64,000 nt of DNA, from assembly GCF_009914755.1 (NCBI RefSeq), contig NC_060926.1; one strand, given 5' to 3'. This document shows, in pieces, positions 57,805-64,000 of the stretch (its first letter is position 1; each line of letters begins with the position of its first letter). The translations under genes were made by a program, and so were the position numbers. The notes beneath the pieces are model-generated. The model did not search any database. It saw only the letters and a list, made by a program, of their open reading frames with translations, and had not been told where the DNA came from. Source of the stretch: the human T2T-CHM13v2.0 reference genome, Homo sapiens.

Positions 57805-58295
57805 AAATGTATTTCTCTCAGTTCTAAAGGCTGGAAGGCTGAGATCAGAATGCCAGCATGACTGGGTTTGCTGAGGGCTTTCTTTTAGGCTTGCAGAGGT
57901 TGCCTTCTTGCTGTGTCCCCATCTGGCACAGGGGAGAGTACTCATGGCTCTTCCTCTTCTTATGGGGCACTCATTCCATCATGGGGTCCTGCCCCCATCA
58001 CCTCATCTAAACCTAATTTTCTTCCAAAGGCCCCATCTCCAATGCCATCATATTGGGGGCTAGGCCTTCCATACACATTTTGAGGGGGCACAGTTAAGTC
58101 CATAGCATGTATCAGAATTTCATTCCTTTTTAAAGCTGAGTAATATTCTGTTGCATGTGACATACCGCATTTTGCTTATCCATTCATATGCTGATGGACT
58201 TTTGGATGGTTGCCACCTTTTGGCTATTGTGAATAATACTGCTATGAACACTGATGTACAGTATCTGAGTCTCAGCTTCCCATTATTTTGGGTAA

Positions 58296-60080
<1,785 letters not shown>

Positions 60081-60655
60081 CTTGTATCTACTACTTTTTA
60101 ACATACAGTTTTACTTAGCAATTTTGTATATGAATGCAGTTGTGTGTCTCTTCGGGCGCTTTAAGCTGTGTGTAAGAGGAAGCCCTCCTCAGGCTGGCAC
60201 ACCCACTCAGAAAATATTCTAATGCTTACATATCAGAAGCCAGAGCAAGGACGGTCTTCTGTCTGAAAGGTTCAGGTGTTCCAAGATGTCCTTAGGTCTC
60301 AGGTTCTTCCTGCCTCCCTGCCCCATCATCCATAGCATCAGCTCTGTGTTAGGACGGCTGCCCGCAGTGTGGGGCGCTACATGCTCCCTTGTCCGCACGG
60401 TGGGAGGACCTGGCTTCCTGCAGTGATCACCCTGGATTTAGTGTCAGGAGAGACCTTTCCCAAAGACTGGGCAAGCCTCTCCTGTTCCAGAGCCAGCCAC
60501 TGGGCACCAGCCAAGCCTGTCCCTTGAGCCGAGGCTAATTACTCAGCCTCATTACTGCTATTTTGGGTGGGCTGGGAGAGGGGTGTGGCTTTAGCATGTC
60601 CATCGCAGTGTGCACCACGAAAGTTAAAAAAGTCAAATAGTGCTTAAAAATATCA

Positions 60656-61100
<445 letters not shown>

Positions 61101-61110
61101 TTTTAAAAGT

Positions 61111-61159
61111 CACACACACACACACACACTCACTCACACACACACACACACACACACAC
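61111..61159. repeat. Interrupted (CA)n microsatellite
   Basis: Seen directly. Confidence 0.9.
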
Positions 61160-61384
61160 GCACCAGCAAGTTGCTGACCCACTCTGTTTCATTTAGAGGC
61201 AAATATTTTTCAATTCTTTATGCTATTTTTCCCAGGATTCCCCTCCAAGTTTCTCAAGCATATCCTTCTATCTTCCTGCATTACCATTGCTTGATACCTA
61301 GTGTGGAGACTGAGGACTCCCTCTGCTCCCCTACAGCTGCATCTCCCGCCTCCCCACTTCCCCTCCTACGGCATCAAGCTTAGG

Positions 61385-61743
61385 AGCTATTATGACTGGA
61401 ATTGTGTTCCCCTATATATGTTGAAGCCCCAAGCCCCCATGTGACTGTATTCCGGGGTAGGGCTTTTAAAGAGGTAATTACGCTTAAATAAGGTCATAAG
61501 GGACCATATGAGAGGAAGAGACACTGGGCTTGGGTGTACACAGAGAAGGGCCACGTTAGGATACAGGGAGAAGACAGAAGACGGCTGGCTGCAAGTCAAG
61601 GAGAGCAGCCCCAGGGAAAAACAACCCTGCCAGCACATCGAACGTCGGCCTCCAGCCTCCAGAACTGTGAGCAAATCAACATCTACTGTTTAAGCCTCCC
61701 CGTCTGTGGTATTTTGTTATGGCAGTCCTAGGAGACTAATACA
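61385..61743 (+). mobile_element. MaLR LTR (MLT1/MST-like)
   Basis: 'cctccagaactgtgag...tgtttaagcc...tgtggtattttgttatggcag...ctaataca' MaLR 3' end. Confidence 0.8.
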
Positions 61744-61897
61744 GTGTTAATCATTAGTAATTAGTAGACAAATACAGTAACAATTTGGCTAAATCAATAG
61801 TGATTTTATAATTGTAATTATGCAAATGTTGTTTGCTGCTGAAACAAGCTGTGTACTATAACTTTTTTCCTTTCTGGAATAACTTATTTTGTTTTAA

Positions 61898-62250
<353 letters not shown>

Positions 62251-63693
62251 TCGTGTCCAGTTTCCTATACATCAGTTTCCCCCTAAGTGGTCCAGCAAAA
62301 AATGCCTTTCTATCTTCTTCCCGACTCCACACCTCAAATCGGCGGTTTGCGCCTTCCACCCTCCATCCTCAGGTGGGCTCTGTCCTGGCCGGTGGGCTCG
62401 AGGCCAGGGTTCTACCGCCCCTCCCCAACCCACCCTTCCGTTTGCCTCTCCCCTGGTGGAACCTGTGTTCTGGGTTCCACGGCTTCCTGTCTTTCGGCTT
62501 CCCACCTTGTTTTCCCAAAGGACATCCTTTGTGAACAAGAATGCATGGCAGGTATCTTGGAGTCCTTGCACGTCTGAAGACGTTTTAAGTCTCCCTGACC
62601 CTTGGCTGAAAATGAAATTTGAGGCTGGGAGTTATTTTCCTACATTATTGTTATTTTCGGTTATTTCTATTTTTTCATATTATAAAGACTGTGTTAGGTG
62701 CTGCCTATTTTATTATTTTATTTTATTTTTTTATTGTAAGAAACAAGGTCTGGCTCTGTAGCCCAGGCTGGAGCACAGTGGGGCCATCATAGCTCAATGT
62801 GATCCCTAACTCCTGGGCTCAAGTGATCCTCCTGCCTCGGCCTCCCAAAGCACAGGACACCACGATGCCCAGCCTAGTGTTTTTGGTTTTTTTTATATAT
62901 ATACAGCTAAACCAGTTCTCTAGGATAAAGTCCTAAATGGGTCAAAGGTCGACACATTTTTAAAGGTTTAAAACAATACATGTTGCACAATGCCATCCGG
63001 CACCACCCTATTTCAGTGCCTTTGTTCTGTGCTGCTTTTGTATTTTCATCAGACCTGGATATCAACACTTTAAAAAGTTGTTTGCCAGTTTGATGAGAAA
63101 AATGATGTTTAGACAGCTGGCTCTAGAAGGGTGGGAGGTGCCGGGAGGTGTGAGGCAGGACCTGGGCCTGCTCCCACCTTCCTTGCCATCTCTGCTGCGC
63201 TCTCAGGGCTGGCGGGAGGACGGGGCAGGACAAGCGCTGGAGGCAGCCTCTCCCAGGTGTCCCCGGCACGCTCTGCTTCCTGTTATCCCTCTGTGCAAGC
63301 ATAAATACGAACATGAAGATGGGAGTAAACCTAAGCTCTACACATGACCTGAGAGGGAATTCCAGGGCGAAAATGTACCCCACCCCGCCCTGGCCATGGA
63401 ACCCTGGATAAGTCATGGTGGCAGCCGGCTATTACAAATAAAGCTGTCACGGACATTCATGTGCGACCCTTTGCATGGACGTGGGTTTTCATTCCTCCCA
63501 GGTACATATTTAGGAATGGGAAGCTGGGATTATATGAAAGGTAAATGTTTAACTTTTTAAGAGACTGCCTAGCTGATTTCCAAAAATAATTTTACCATTT
63601 TTCATTTCCACCAGCAGGGTATAAGACTTGCTGTTCTGCTGCACTTTTGCCCACACTTGGTATGGCCAGTGTTTTACAATTTTAGCCATTCTG

Positions 63694-63871
63694 GGGCTGG
63701 GCATGATGGCTCATGCCTGTAATCTCAGTGCCTGGGAGGCCAAGGCGGGAGAATCCTTGAGGCCAGGAGTTGGAGAACAACCTGGGCAACATAGCAACAC
63801 CCTGTCTCTAGAAAACAAAAATAAATAAATAAAATAAAATGAAAAATTAGCCCACACAACTGTAGTCCTAG
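63694..63871 (+). mobile_element. Alu interrupted by an LTR12
   Basis: Alu left arm and start of right arm stop at 'ctgtagtcctag'. Confidence 0.8.
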
Positions 63872-64000
63872 TAAAAGGTGAAGCCAGCTGGACTTCCTGG
63901 GTCAAGTGGGGACTTGGAGAAATTTTCTGTCTTAAAAGAGGATTGTAAAACGCACCAATCAGCACTCCGTAGCTGAGATTGTAAAACGCACCCATTAGTG
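63872..64000 (+). mobile_element. 5' end of LTR12 (ERV9 LTR), runs off the window
   Basis: 'aggtgaagccagctggacttcctgggtc..gtggggacttggagaa' and repeated 'gattgtaaaacgcaccaatcagcactc'. Confidence 0.85.

Larger units (their letters stand above)
55698..58107 (-). mobile_element. MaLR LTR (MLT1-like) split by MER1B and SVA2 insertions
   Basis: 'ttagtc...ctgccataacaaaatgccacagactgggtggctt' resumes as 'atttctctcagttct..ggctggaag..tgagatc' after 57817. Confidence 0.75.

Overview
Primate (human-like) genomic DNA; no prokaryotic content. Positions 739-37696 (+) hold the last 23 coding exons of UGGT1 (UDP-glucose:glycoprotein glucosyltransferase 1). They splice into one 2652-nt reading frame (883 aa plus stop) that includes the DAD catalytic motif and ends in the ER-retrieval-type signal REEL. 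A long, Alu-rich 3' UTR follows, probably ending near 43630. The rest (about 44-64 kb) is repeat-dense intergenic DNA with two processed pseudogenes (DYNLT3-like, RPL14-like), L1/MaLR/MER fossils, a rare SVA2-type VNTR retroelement with intact TSDs, and the start of an LTR12. The most notable oddities: a 107-bp DNA-level duplicate of a UGGT1 acceptor plus exon start placed upstream of the preceding exon; a GC-AG intron; a 24-nt microexon; a tightly spaced inverted Alu pair and a tailless Alu with TSDs in the 3' UTR; a DYNLT3 retrocopy with a foreign 5' leader; and a nested transposon stack around the SVA2. I found no evidence of a wholly new biological system. Family assignments come from recalled consensus sequences, not database searches, and repeat boundaries are approximate.
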